A stretch of DNA of 64,000 nucleotides from Tetramitus jugosus (Eukaryota; Protista; Heterolobosea), in contig OW569393.1 in assembly GCA_937625935.1 (NCBI GenBank), positions 186,001 to 250,000 of the forward strand, written 5' to 3'. The notes below the pieces were generated by a model, which was not told the DNA's origin, did no database searches, and was given only the letters and a program-made list of their open reading frames with translations. The position numbers and the translations under genes were made by a program. This document shows, one piece after another, positions 32,988 through 44,710 of the stretch (position 1 is its first letter; each line of letters opens with the position of its first letter).

Positions 32988-34373
32988 TTACATCTTGCTG
33001 AGAACATTGTACAATCCATCGGCAATTCGTTCAAATTGTTCCTGAGTGGTAACAAAGGATGGTGCCAAGTCAATGACCTTTTCATTCATGGCAGCGTGAA
33101 CAACCACGTGCTCTTCTTTGAGCATCTTGGACTCAACATCCTTGGCACACTTTTCCTTTAACTCGATACCAATCAATAGACCTGCTCCTCTCACGTCCTT
33201 GACAATCGGGAGTTCCAACAATCGGTTCATGAGCATTGAGAGGAACTTGTAACCCTTCTCAGCACAGACTGAAACCAAATTCTCTTCTTCCATAATCTCC
33301 AAGTTCTTTAGAGCAACAGCACAACATGTCGCATGAGAAGCATAGGTATAGTCGTGCTTGAATGGTTCATCAGAAGACTCTTCGAACACTCCTCCCTTTA
33401 CCTTGTCACTCAGAATGACACCACCCACGGGTAAATAACCAGAGGAAACACCCTTTGCAAAGGTGATGATGTCCGGATGGACTCCCCAGTGTTCCATCGC
33501 GAACCACTTGCCAGTCTTACCAAATCCTGTCATCACCTCATCAGCAATCATCAAAATATTGTACTTGTCACAGATTTGACGGGCGAGAGGGTAAAAATCA
33601 TCGTGAGGAATGACGGCACCACCATCTCCTTGGATAGGTTCAAACAAGAAACAAGCAATCTTTTGTTCTCCACCGTTCTTCACAATGGCCTCTTCCAATT
33701 TTCTTGCCGCGGCTTGTCCCAATGATTCTTCATGTTTGACGTCTGACATGGGGAAGAAATTAGGATTTGGGAAATCAATGTGAACAAAATTGTCACTCTT
33801 TCCTCCGGTCACTCTCTCCACACCATAACTTGAGATTGTTGTGTTGGCAGACATGGGCAACATTGTTGAACCATGATAACTGTTACAGAAAGAGACCATT
33901 CTTGTCTTGTCCTTCATTCCCTTGTTACTAAAGTAGCGCAATACAAAATGATAGGCTGCTTCATTTGCTTCACTTCCACCCGAAGTTAAAAACACAGAGC
34001 TCATTTCAGGGAATGCCTTCCTTGCAATCTTTACAATTTTTTCCGTCAAACGAATTGAATTTGGATTAGAGTAACCAGCCAGTGTTGCCATGAATTCTAA
34101 TTGTGACATTTGGTCATAGGCCGCTTGAGCCATCTCCTTCCTTCCATGACCAATATGATTACAAAATAGTCCTCCGATACCATCGACATACTCTTGTCCA
34201 TTCACATCCTTGAGCAATGAACCTTGACCAGATTGCCAAATCACTTCATCGCACTGATCCTTTGGCCTTGACATTCCATGTAGTTGGAAATCAAAGTCGG
34301 TCTTCTTCAATTGTTGTTCTCCGAATTCAGTCTTCTTTTCAGCTGTTCTTGAAGTCTCTCCTTTCTCTACCAT
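32988..34373 (-). CDS. Class III PLP aminotransferase (omega-amino acid/polyamine type)
   Basis: SGGSEANE, SYHGST, EPIQGDGG, IADEVMTGFGKTG, FAKG, DVRGAGL. Confidence 0.92.
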   Translation of the reverse strand: MVEKGETSRTAEKKTEFGEQQLKKTDFDFQLHGMSRPKDQCDEVIWQSGQGSLLKDVNGQEYVDGIGGLFCNHIGHGRKEMAQAAYDQMSQLEFMATLAGYSNPNSIRLTEKIVKIARKAFPEMSSVFLTSGGSEANEAAYHFVLRYFSNKGMKDKTRMVSFCNSYHGSTMLPMSANTTISSYGVERVTGGKSDNFVHIDFPNPNFFPMSDVKHEESLGQAAARKLEEAIVKNGGEQKIACFLFEPIQGDGGAVIPHDDFYPLARQICDKYNILMIADEVMTGFGKTGKWFAMEHWGVHPDIITFAKGVSSGYLPVGGVILSDKVKGGVFEESSDEPFKHDYTYASHATCCAVALKNLEIMEEENLVSVCAEKGYKFLSMLMNRLLELPIVKDVRGAGLLIGIELKEKCAKDVESKMLKEEHVVVHAAMNEKVIDLAPSFVTTQEQFERIADGLYNVLSKM

Positions 34374-34717
34374 TCTGCTTTTCCTCCTTTGTTGAGTGTA
34401 TTCGTTTGAATAGGTCTGTGCAAAGGTGGCACTTTTGTACCTTCGGACTTGTTCTTGTGATCCATCGACTCAGATCCGACTTGCAAAAAAGATAAAAATA
34501 TGGCCAACTCAATCATATTTTTGATCAACTCACTGTAGATGCGCAAAAAATGACAGTACGACGTTGTAAACTCTATTGCTTTACAAAAAATGTTTGGCCA
34601 TTCTTTGACATCAACTTGACATCCAGAAAGCCACATGTTATGAATTCCTGAAACAGAGCATGAATAACGAAGAGGCAGGACGCCTCAAATCAATTTTGAA
34701 ACATCCACATTGATAGA

Positions 34718-37606
34718 TCATTTCTTGTTTACGTGAATCAAGTTTGGGATCGCAATTCTTTCACAATTCTTGCGTCTCCGTTCAAGCTCTATTGGATCAA
34801 GTTTGCCATCCTCGCGGTGCGCCAATGTTGTTGATGAAGACTTGAGAGCACTCATGGAAGGTGCGTTGTTTTCCTTGTGCGATCCGGTGGCTCCATTGAA
34901 TGAAATTCGGCTAAAACCTGGTGGGCCCATATTTGCAGCAGCAAAGTCCTCAATATCATCCAACAGATTTGGCAACTTGTTTGGTGCAAGTGAGGTCATG
35001 GATGGCTCATTGTTTTCCTTATGAGAACCAGTCGTTCCATTGAACGATATGCGACTAAAGCCAGGTGCTACACTGTTTGCTGCTTCAAAATCGCTCATGC
35101 CATCAAACACATTGAGATTCTTGGATGAATCTGAAGGCTTGATAGACAGTGCATCGTGATCCTTTTGTGTAGCAGTCCCTCCATTGAACGATAGGTGACT
35201 GAGTCCGGGTGCAACATTGATTGGCCCACTAAATTCACCCATGTCATCGAGTAGCGGCATCGGGCCACGTTCCTTTTCTTTGCCAGTTGTTGTTCCAACA
35301 GACTCTTTTTCGCACGTGGATTCATTCACGCTCTTTTGGACACTACGAGGCTTCTCCAAGAAAGCAAAGCTCGTTGTTTTGGAATCCTTTCCCTTGGAAA
35401 TCCAATCTCTCAAGCGATCCCTCGTTTTTGAACCACCAGCATCAGCAACAGTGACGGCACCAACCGTTGCCGTTCCTTCCACTGTCGGTGTCGTCGGTGT
35501 AGTTGTTGTTGTTGCTGTTGTTGTCTCACTTTGAGCGAGAGAACTCATGGATGGTGCATTCAATTCCTTGTGCGATCCAGTGATTCCATTAAAATTAATT
35601 CGGCTGCCTCCAGGTGCAGCCATATCACCACCAAACTCTTCGTCAAACAGTGGAATCGGATCCTTGTCCGACATTCCCTTCATCCTCAACAATGAAGATG
35701 ATGTCGATGATGATTGTCCAACCAGTGTTGCACTCTTTTCACCACCTTGTTCACCATCCCGACCACCACTACGATCATCGTCGTGTTGATCTTCAGATTT
35801 TTCACTCATTGTCGTGGAAGTGAATTGACGCGAATTCACTGCTGCTTGATGAGGAGAATATGGCTTGAATGGAGTTGAACCAGCACCACGTTCATTGACC
35901 AAATTTCGGAAACTTTGCCACGTGTTACTGCCCTGCGTTCCCTGCTTTTGCTGCTGTGCCTGTGCTGGATAACTCTTTACCATAGGATTACCACTACCAC
36001 TACTACTACTACTACTGATTGGAGAGATTGGAGTATTGATTGGTCGAAGAAGCATTGATGATGGAGTGGGAGGAGTGAGTCCACCTGATACTGGAACAAC
36101 GTCCTTATTGCCAGTCATTGGTGATGGAGATTGACCATTGAATGAAATTCGACCGAGTCCATTTGATGCTTGTGCAGAATTCATTGAATAATTATGATTG
36201 GATGATACTGATAATGATGATACAGATGATACAGATGGTGATGATGATGATGGAGAGGCAAAGGATGACACATTTTTTGAATCCAAAAATGGATGATCAG
36301 AATTGGATGATGATACTGTTGGTGCTGTTGGTGCTGTTGGAGGTGCTCTTGATGTTCTAAACAAATCAAATCCTCCTCCTCTACTACTATTACTACTACT
36401 ATTACTACTACTATTACTATTACTATAATTCGTATGGTTATTATGATGATGTTGTTGTTGTTGTGATGATGATGATGGATAGGAATGATGTGATGGTTGT
36501 AATTGCATGGGAGGTAATGACTGATGAGAAGTATTTGGTGATGATAATTTCATTCCATTAATGTTACTTGCACTTGGAGTAATAGAGTTAAACAATGATG
36601 ATGATGATGATGATGGTGTCGCTATCGTTGTTGTTGATGATGATGATGATGGTGAAGATGATGATGATTGTGGTGAAATGAGTCTCTTTTCATAAAAAGT
36701 TTGTTGTTGTGATGGTTGTTGTAGTTGTAGTTGTTGAGGTAGTTTGAATGGTACATAATTACGTAGAGTACTATTCATTGATGATGATGATGATGGATAG
36801 GATTCTGGTTGATGACGATATCGAACATAACTACTCTCACTATTATCACTCTTGTGGTGACTACGAGCTGCTTTTAATCGAAAATATCGTGCTACATGGG
36901 ATTCTTCTCCATGCTGTAGTTGTGATTGTGCTGGTTGTTGATAGCTTGATTGTTGTTGCCTTTGTTTTTGCTGCTGTTGTTGTTGCTGCTGTTGCTGTGC
37001 TTGTGCTTGCTGTTGCTGTTGCTGTTGTTCAGCTACGACTTCATTGAGTGATTTTCGTTGAAGTGTGTAAGCTCTTGGTCTCTTTGGTATTCTTGATCTT
37101 TTTCTTGTGGTCGTTGTAGCTTCATTCGTTGCTGTTGTTGATGATGATGATGAATCCAGAGCTACTCCTCCAGTAGCACTTTCATTTGCTACGACTGCCG
37201 TGGAAGCTACTGCACTTCCATGAGCAAACAACGACGATGATGATGATGACGAGGCAGTAGAATTGGCGGGAAACGGAGTATTATTATTATTATTAAATTG
37301 GGCAGTAGTAGGAGTATTATTTACAAAAGAAGCAGAAACGGCAGATGATTGATGATGATGAGTATGATTCAAAGCAACACCACCATTATTCGTCCGTTCA
37401 TGACCACTATTATTGATCACATTGTTGGATACAATCGGAGTATTGTTGTTGCTAGTCGTGGAATTATTATGATTGGGAGGAGTTGTTGTTGTTTTGGCGG
37501 GAACAGAAGGTTTGTTGGGTGCAGGAGAATAAACGTACCATCTTCTGCCTTCAGAGTCCTGAAGTTCACTCTCACGTTTTCTCTTGTTTGTTGTTGATCG
37601 CATCAC
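34718..37606 (-). CDS. Low-complexity (Q/S/N-rich) probable nuclear protein with repeated PGxSRISFNG motif
   Basis: 963-aa open frame with basic NLS-like segments, homopolymer tracts and five related motifs. Confidence 0.75.
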   Translation of the reverse strand: MMRSTTNKRKRESELQDSEGRRWYVYSPAPNKPSVPAKTTTTPPNHNNSTTSNNNTPIVSNNVINNSGHERTNNGGVALNHTHHHQSSAVSASFVNNTPTTAQFNNNNNTPFPANSTASSSSSSSLFAHGSAVASTAVVANESATGGVALDSSSSSTTATNEATTTTRKRSRIPKRPRAYTLQRKSLNEVVAEQQQQQQQAQAQQQQQQQQQQKQRQQQSSYQQPAQSQLQHGEESHVARYFRLKAARSHHKSDNSESSYVRYRHQPESYPSSSSSMNSTLRNYVPFKLPQQLQLQQPSQQQTFYEKRLISPQSSSSSPSSSSSTTTIATPSSSSSSLFNSITPSASNINGMKLSSPNTSHQSLPPMQLQPSHHSYPSSSSQQQQHHHNNHTNYSNSNSSSNSSSNSSRGGGFDLFRTSRAPPTAPTAPTVSSSNSDHPFLDSKNVSSFASPSSSSPSVSSVSSLSVSSNHNYSMNSAQASNGLGRISFNGQSPSPMTGNKDVVPVSGGLTPPTPSSMLLRPINTPISPISSSSSSGSGNPMVKSYPAQAQQQKQGTQGSNTWQSFRNLVNERGAGSTPFKPYSPHQAAVNSRQFTSTTMSEKSEDQHDDDRSGGRDGEQGGEKSATLVGQSSSTSSSLLRMKGMSDKDPIPLFDEEFGGDMAAPGGSRINFNGITGSHKELNAPSMSSLAQSETTTATTTTTPTTPTVEGTATVGAVTVADAGGSKTRDRLRDWISKGKDSKTTSFAFLEKPRSVQKSVNESTCEKESVGTTTGKEKERGPMPLLDDMGEFSGPINVAPGLSHLSFNGGTATQKDHDALSIKPSDSSKNLNVFDGMSDFEAANSVAPGFSRISFNGTTGSHKENNEPSMTSLAPNKLPNLLDDIEDFAAANMGPPGFSRISFNGATGSHKENNAPSMSALKSSSTTLAHREDGKLDPIELERRRKNCERIAIPNLIHVNKK

Positions 37607-37750
37607 CAAAATTTTTTTTCGTCAGTTTTGGTTGTTGCTTGCTGTTGTTATTGTATTGTTGTTATTATTGTTATTATTGTTGTTATGATTATTGTTGTGT
37701 TGAAATAATGCGTTGTTGTTGTTGCTTGTTGTTGCTAATGATGGTTGTTG
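36190..37750. repeat. Trinucleotide microsatellite tracts (gat, cta, ttg, tta) in the CDS and 5' region
   Basis: Directly visible runs encoding poly-S/Q/N, plus a (ttg/tta)n upstream tract at 37625-37750. Confidence 0.85.
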
Positions 37751-38436
37751 GATGAAAATGATATTTTTTTTGGCTGCTTCTGGAAGGTTAGGTACGTATC
37801 TAGTGCAACTACTAGTGTCGAAAAAAAAAAGTAGTGTCTGTTTGGAGCAGGAACGGTTGCTTGTTGTGGGGTGAGGTCCCAGGGGGGAGGGTTGTTGGTC
37901 TGTTGTCGGCCGCGGTCCCAGTTTGGTGAATTTGGGTCTTTGAGAAAAAAAGGTGCTTTTTGCTCTCTTGGTGGAGACTCAAAAAAAAAAACGCTTTTTG
38001 GTTTGGCTTTTTGGAAAATGGCGTTTGTTTTCCGAGCAAGAAGATTATAGGTAGCTGTTGTGAGTGGGGGTTGTTTCGACTCGAGAGTTGCAGTCGTGAG
38101 ATGGGTATGGAGTGTTGTTTGTGGTGCTAGTAGTAGACGTCGTAGTAGTGTGTGACAACAAATTACAGCAGACGGGCGAGGGACTTGGTTAATTGGAAAA
38201 GCAAGGTGGGTTCTTTTTCTGTTTTTTGCTGGAGTTACCCAGGTTGAGTTTGATTTTGTTCAAAGAAGACAACAAACTGGCCAGGACACGTGATGTGCAC
38301 CTTCCAATGATGAGGGTCCCCCTAAACATAATTGGTTATTTTGGTAAACACCTGGAGAGGAAATTTGTTACCAAAACGAGAATTGGTGCACCAAAAAGGC
38401 TAATTGTTTTTTACTGGCGGGTTTCAGGATAATCCT

Positions 38437-39380
38437 TCAAAAATTGATCCTCTTATTGTCATAAAAGAAGAGTCCAGAACCCGAAATCTCGTCATCTCTC
38501 GCAACAGCCAACCACACTGCGACTCTTGCTCCTTCTGCAGGAGTTCGAGGAGCGGCACTAGAACCCATATCGGTCGCACACCACCCAGGACAACACATAT
38601 TCACAGTAATTCCATTCTTTGCCAAACGTTTTGCCAACAGTCGACCATATCCGTTCAGTGCGACTTTACTGAATCGGTAGGTTGATTTGGGCCATCCTTG
38701 TTGTGCCACGTATTCCTCATCCTTACAATCAGCCTCAAAGTCCTTGACCAACTGATCAATTGACTCTTCAGTTAATTCTTCAGTCACATTCTTGAATGGT
38801 TGGACCTTTGGTTCGTTACCATTGGCCAACACACTGATTTGACTGCTGACAATTACAATTCTTGACCCATCAGGCAACAAACCGTTGTTGAGCAATGATT
38901 CAGTGATGCGCTTCACGCCCCAATAATTGACACTCAAAGTTTGGTGTGCAATTTCTGGATTGATTGAGGATCCCTTGCTTGCATATCCTGCATTGTTAAT
39001 AAGGACATTGATTTTTTGGCCTTGTTGCTTGAGTTGATTGACGAATTGAGTAACAGAGTCATCACTCGTGACGTCAAGCTTGACAACTTGAACATTGGAG
39101 GGAGAACCGAGCTTCAAGTAAGCTTCTTGTCCGTTGTGTTCATCTCTGGAAGCCAAAAGGATTTTCCATTGAGAGCTAACAGGGTTTTCCAACAATTGCT
39201 TGACAATTTCGAATCCAATTCCCTTGTTGGCGCCAGTGACTGTCGGTCAACAATTTTTGTAAACTTGCATTATTAGTTTACAATTCGTGCAAAAAAAAGT
39301 GCTACAAAAACAAGCTGTCACATTTTGGCAGCCAAAATTCAAAAGAACATACCTAAGGCAGTGAAATTTTGTTGAGACAT
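38437..39380 (-). CDS. Short-chain dehydrogenase, carbonyl reductase-like, intron 39240-39352
   Basis: Spliced N-terminus MSQQNFTALVTGANKGIG; NNAG; YRFSK; CPGWCATDMG. Confidence 0.92.
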
Positions 39381-40234
39381 GGTACAAGTAATGAGTAAAT
39401 GGTGCTTTTTGAGATAGATCTGTGAACTATTGTGAGTGGGTTTTTTTGCAGATCGAACAACAAAATTATTGTGAACTGATAAAGGGTGAAATTTTTGGAG
39501 GAATTCATGCGCAGAAATACCGCAAACAGTATCTCCGCAGCAAAAGGCATACGATTCCTAAGAACTGTTTCTGGGCCCTTCAATGGATCATGCATTTCAC
39601 TTCAAATTGGACCATTACTCAATTGTGCACAATTTACCCTTTTGTTCACCATATGAGCTATCTCCGTTCCTTCACTGGACGAGTGAAATATGGTGACGAA
39701 AAATAGGTTATCTTCAAATCGCGTTGTCCTCACCACGACACTTGAGAGGAAAAAACTCGAACAACAATAGGTTCTACCAACCTATCGAGATTACCAAGGC
39801 ACTCTTTTGAGAGTTTGGCAATTCCTTCAATAATCGTCTCACTAGATGGTAGATTCAATGGTGCAGGGCGTAGTTCGTTGGTTTTTTGACTGATTAGGGG
39901 TCCATCATGAGGGATAATGCCCACTTTGTCTTCATCTGTGCAACTTCATGGTGACATCGAAATCTATTTGGACAAGAAATAATGTCCACAGGTCTCCTGG
40001 CCAATTCAAAAGAGCAGACCCAGGAATAAGTGGTAAACAGGCGCCAAAAAACGGTCACTCCATTCCCCATCTGAGGATGATTCTACACAAGTGTATCGTT
40101 GTCATGAATTAGGTAGTGAACAACGTTTCCTTAAATCATTCTGTACATAATCAGTTTTTTACATGAGGCGAAGACTTTATTGAGATAACCTCAGTAATGG
40201 AGATTTGGCTTTTAATTTTAGGGTTGAGCTGTCT

Positions 40235-41182
40235 TTACCCGCGATAGTCCCTTCCGAAAGGTTTTGTTACTATGGATGAGAATAGACTATCCCATTGTGC
40301 ACTATTATGATGTGTTTGTGCATGATAGCCAAATGATCGACTAACTAGATTTAGGTAGGCGTTCTGAGCGATCTTTAACTTGTTCTCTCTCTCCTCCAAT
40401 TCCCTTTTCAGATTTCGGATCTGAATATCTCTCAGCGAATTGGGGGCAACTCGCTGTACGTATTGGCAACTCTCTTTCAGAGGTTCCACCTTATCCGATG
40501 GAATATTTTGACCCAAAACCTTGTCTAATAATCGAACACAGGCTTCCTGATTTAGTTTGTTAGACGAAGCATACAATTCCACAAAATGAAGCACAGTCAA
40601 TTCATCACACACCCTCATGTTTGATGAACTGAGTAGCATTACTACTTCATCCACATTCAACCCTATTAAGTCTTCCTTGTTCTCTCCTTTTCTGATAGTT
40701 TCAAAGTTCTGAGCCACCACTGTTACACATTGAGCACAGAGCCTTTTCAGGTCGTAATCTCTTGACAGTTGAAGCAAAGTCAAATAGTTTGTGCAATTAA
40801 CCAAAGGTACCATTATCTCTTCACTACTCATGAACAGTTCATTCATCTCATACAAGTGAGCTAATTTGAGAACTGAAATGCACTTGTCCAGTGATCCCTC
40901 TATCTCAATTGAGCCACTATACATGTACTCTAACACACTGGAGAAAGCAGAAAAATCAATCACACCTTCACTGCTGGTTAGGTCAATCGTGCGAGTAGAT
41001 GATTCTTTCATTCCGTGATTATTGTACAGCATTGTTCGAAACACTGGACTTGCAGATGCGAGTACAAATCTATGGGCTTTATATGTTTTTTCTCGACATT
41101 TGATGGAAATATCAGTGCCAATCTGATTCTGGTATGATGTGAGCAGTTGGTTGGCAAGATGTTGTTGGTGCTGAATGGACAT
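40235..41182 (-). CDS. BTB/POZ-BACK protein
   Basis: TDISI..YKAHRFVLASASPVFRTML, LEYMYSG, BACK-like helices. Confidence 0.88.
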   Translation of the reverse strand: MSIQHQQHLANQLLTSYQNQIGTDISIKCREKTYKAHRFVLASASPVFRTMLYNNHGMKESSTRTIDLTSSEGVIDFSAFSSVLEYMYSGSIEIEGSLDKCISVLKLAHLYEMNELFMSSEEIMVPLVNCTNYLTLLQLSRDYDLKRLCAQCVTVVAQNFETIRKGENKEDLIGLNVDEVVMLLSSSNMRVCDELTVLHFVELYASSNKLNQEACVRLLDKVLGQNIPSDKVEPLKESCQYVQRVAPNSLRDIQIRNLKRELEERENKLKIAQNAYLNLVSRSFGYHAQTHHNSAQWDSLFSSIVTKPFGRDYRG

Positions 41183-41560
41183 GGATTTCGACAATTGTTG
41201 TTTGTTGGAAATTAAGGGGAAGATTTTTTTGGAACAGCTCGGATTGAGATTGAAGGACCCCTCCTTCAAATTGCTGCGGAGATTCAACATGTAAGGTGTG
41301 GCATATTTGCGTGGATATGCTCATCGCTCGATTGTCGACATTAGCAAGGAGTTACGGCAGTGAATTTTTTGATGTGAGAGACAAGAGTGATCGTTGGATA
41401 TGCAAAGGCCATGAGATTGTTGTCAAGGAACAAAAGGAACCCGCGGAAACTGTCATGAAGTATCCTACTCTTCGTGATATTTCAACCAACTCACACAAGT
41501 GGCTTATTCTGTGCACAGGACTTGAAGAAATAGGCTACAAGTGCTTCTCCAAGATCTCGT

Positions 41561-42202
41561 CTAGTGTACTTGTCTTGCTCTCCCTTTAGATTCTAGGGAG
41601 TCAACCTGATATTCAGACATCGTCTTAATCACCAATTTCAACACACATTGTTCTTCTTCAGAGTCAACCCCACGTTGTTGGGCCAGGAAATAGTTATTGT
41701 GAATGGCCACACAATCTCCCAGGAACAACTGCTTAGTTTCCAAATCCTTGACTTCCTTTTTGAGCTCTTGATTAGTACTCACTTGTTCTTCAAACTTCTT
41801 TTCGACCTCTTGATTGACAATCTTTTGCTCTTGATAAACAATCACTTGTGCTTCAAACATCTTCTCAACCTCTTTAAGTCTCCCATTCATCTCTTCAAAC
41901 TTAGCCAGAATAGTATTGACACTCTGTTCCTTGTAAAACCTTGCTCGCTTCAACAATGGCATCTTGATATCGGTTGGTTGAAACTTCTGACGAGACTTGA
42001 ACAAATCCTCAAATGTTCTCTTCTTCTCTCTGTGCCTAGACCAGAGGAGGATCTATGGGATGAGAATCGGTCATTTTCATAAAATCGAAAAAACCAACCT
42101 CTGAAGCAATGTGAAAGCCCTCGATGAGTCCGTCATCTGATTCAAGGGTCAATGACATTTCTCTCTTCTGGCTACTACTAGGGGATCCTTCAGTCAGAGC
42201 CA
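41561..42202 (-). pseudogene. Disrupted coiled-coil protein gene
   Basis: Coiled-coil ORF 41561-42004 and an upstream N-terminal ORF lie in different frames with intervening stops. Confidence 0.4.
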
Positions 42203-42515
42203 TTATTGAATTGGTTTGCTTGAAAACCAAAACTTTCCCACGCCTGAAGCTGAAAACTACAGTACCGAAGGAGCCATCTTTCTTTTGTCCGTCGGTGGTA
42301 ATTGGCGCTAATTTTTTTTCCGATCTGACACTAGACTTCCATTTTGGCACTTGAGCAGCAAGTTCCATAATTGACCCTAACGCTCCAGTTGAGTATGTTT
42401 CAGATTCACAAAAAAAATTGAGAGGGGTGCTGTTTCGAATTGGACGAGATATCTCGGAATGTAATCCCTGCCAATTGATGTCACAAGAAACAAAAACTAG
42501 AAACAAGCAATATAC

Positions 42516-44126
42516 ATGAGGATGCATACTTATTTTCTACTGGCTACGCTGACTCTCCTTTTCTCCACAGCCTCTGCCTCGCTCCTGTCTTGTGCCAGGA
42601 ATTACACTGAGCTGCACGAGCACCATGTCGTTGCCAGCACTGGGAGTTCTTTCCTCCAAAACTTGATTGTGGACTATAGAATTCTTCATGATTCAAGACT
42701 GCTCTACATTGAAAACCAACGCAATTATGCAACAAGCCAATCAAAGTTGAAATTGATGCAAGACTTGAACCATCCAGACCAAGTGAAAACACTGATTAGT
42801 TCAGATGCAAAAGTGGATGGACGATTGTGTGGAATGAGTGATGCAGATTACAATGGCAATGTCTATGTAGTTACCTTTTTGAAAGATATCAATCAGGTTG
42901 TATCTCCATTGAAACTTACTCAAGTTATCACAGATCAAAGTGCCGTTGGTAGAACTGTTGAGTATACTGAGCCTTCAGTGACCGACATTCCAGTGTATAA
43001 CGTGGATGGAACTCAATCTGGTGTGATGAATGGGGATGATGCTAGTGTTGTTTCTGCAACGGGAGGTTGTATGTCTGTGGTTGTCAATCCTGCTCGACTC
43101 GATACTGGAGCACTGCTGGTCAAATCATACAAGGGTTCAGTTGTAGTTGTGCACTATGATCTGAAAGACATGAAAATGTTGAGACATACCGTACTACTTC
43201 CTCAAGTGAATGATGTGGAGGTTGATCATGAAACTGCAGGAAAACTTCGGGTTGATGCAAATCATGGTTTCATCTACGCATTTGTAGCGATGACTAAAGA
43301 GGTGCAAGTTGCGGTTGAGACTATGCACAACCTGGCTCATAATTCCGTGATCCAATTTCCGGAGCATGCCGGCTCAAACACGACTGTTCATGTCCTGTTT
43401 AAGATTGATAGTGGATCCGGTGTTATTCTGGGTATCAAACAAATCTCAGTCTATGAAAGTATCACAACAGAACACTTGATAGATATGGACATATACGCAG
43501 ATCCCAAAACATTTACTACTACTATGCATGCGATTGGAACTGTCCCTATGGACAAATCAAATAAGTTCTTGTATCTCAGGTATGATGGAATTGAAAAGAT
43601 GGAGAGCACAGTTCGATTAGATCCAGACTTCTTTTCAGTGTTCAACTTTAGTGGCAACATAGCTCCGATTCCTAAGAATATAGTCGCAAAAGATGACTCT
43701 ACTGCAGTTATTTCAGGTGGTTCTTCTCCAGCAATATTCCACCATTCCAATGCATTTCTACGAGAGTATGACTCCAAAGCTGGACACAGTTATGGAATAG
43801 CCTGGTCAGCCAAATCAGATTTATTTGCGAATGCGATGCAAATCGTAGATGGAAAGATTTACTATGTACAACAACGAGGTGCGCCTAATGCACTAACCAC
43901 CTCCCTCGATGTCAAGTGGTGTGGTCCATTTAATCCTAACCCACCGAGTCCACCTAACCCTCCAAACCCACCAAAGAAGCCACTTAACTACAGAAAACTC
44001 ATTGTGGGTCTATCTTTAGGTCTATCAGTTCCCTTCATTTCAATCATTGTACTTGCTGTCTGTGCTGTTGCATTCTTCAAAGTGATGAGAAAGGGAGATG
44101 ATATCGAACGCACAAGATTAATGTAA
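42516..44126 (+). CDS. Type I membrane protein, beta-propeller-like ectodomain
   Basis: Signal peptide, beta-rich body, Pro-rich stalk, single TM. Confidence 0.75.
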   Translation: MRMHTYFLLATLTLLFSTASASLLSCARNYTELHEHHVVASTGSSFLQNLIVDYRILHDSRLLYIENQRNYATSQSKLKLMQDLNHPDQVKTLISSDAKVDGRLCGMSDADYNGNVYVVTFLKDINQVVSPLKLTQVITDQSAVGRTVEYTEPSVTDIPVYNVDGTQSGVMNGDDASVVSATGGCMSVVVNPARLDTGALLVKSYKGSVVVVHYDLKDMKMLRHTVLLPQVNDVEVDHETAGKLRVDANHGFIYAFVAMTKEVQVAVETMHNLAHNSVIQFPEHAGSNTTVHVLFKIDSGSGVILGIKQISVYESITTEHLIDMDIYADPKTFTTTMHAIGTVPMDKSNKFLYLRYDGIEKMESTVRLDPDFFSVFNFSGNIAPIPKNIVAKDDSTAVISGGSSPAIFHHSNAFLREYDSKAGHSYGIAWSAKSDLFANAMQIVDGKIYYVQQRGAPNALTTSLDVKWCGPFNPNPPSPPNPPNPPKKPLNYRKLIVGLSLGLSVPFISIIVLAVCAVAFFKVMRKGDDIERTRLM

Positions 44127-44308
44127 TGAAACAAAACCATTCAAGACAACCATTGTTTAATTAAATTGAGTTGTGGAACCTCTTACTATCATCCCTTCTA
44201 TCTATATGTGAGAATTCTTCACTCAACAAAACTCTTGACAACTCCTGGAGCTGAAGCCGATCGAAGGAATGAAAATAAACCACCCAGAAATCCCAAACAC
44301 ACATAAAC

Positions 44309-44473
44309 ATGGCTACCTACCTCAAATCACAACTGCTACAACAAGTAGAGTGCTCCATTTGCAATGACGCACTGAACACACCCAAAATTCTTAGTTGTAA
44401 CCACACGTCCTGCCTCATTCACATGGAGAAAGACATCGCAAGAGTGGATCAACAGATTAAGGAAACATTGTGA
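44309..44473 (+). pseudogene. Truncated RING-finger (TRIM-like) gene fragment
   Basis: MATYLKSQLLQQVECSICNDALNTPKILSCNHTSCL, then loss of the remaining ligands and a stop after 54 aa. Confidence 0.6.
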
Positions 44474-44597
44474 GATACAGAAAGCGATGAGTAAGAGCAT
44501 ATATGATAGCTTCTTTGTATCAAAAGTTAATGTACAAGTGATGTTGTAACAGATTTAAAGTCGTGGTTAGTCGCTCGTTTAGATAATTTTAATCAAG

Positions 44598-44710
44598 ATA
44601 TGCTCGCTGTAATGAAGGAGAGTGGATTTGCATTGCAATATGCACGAAATGAACTGACAAAGAAGTTGTTCTTGCAGCGGTGAAACAGAATGGATATGCA
44701 TTGAACTTCA
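44598..44710 (+). pseudogene. DUF4116-type repeat remnant
   Basis: LAVMKESGFALQYA / DKEVVLAAVKQNGYAL, frameshifted. Confidence 0.6.

Noticed and set aside
37109-37121. ggtcgttgtagct as the missing 5' piece of a split tRNA-Ile
   Set aside because: It lies inside a protein-coding microsatellite-rich region, has an extra base, and has no Pol III context or pairing leader; a chance match.
36190-37750. CRISPR-like or telomeric array
   Set aside because: Simple trinucleotide runs encoding poly-Q/S/N; no repeat-spacer periodicity.
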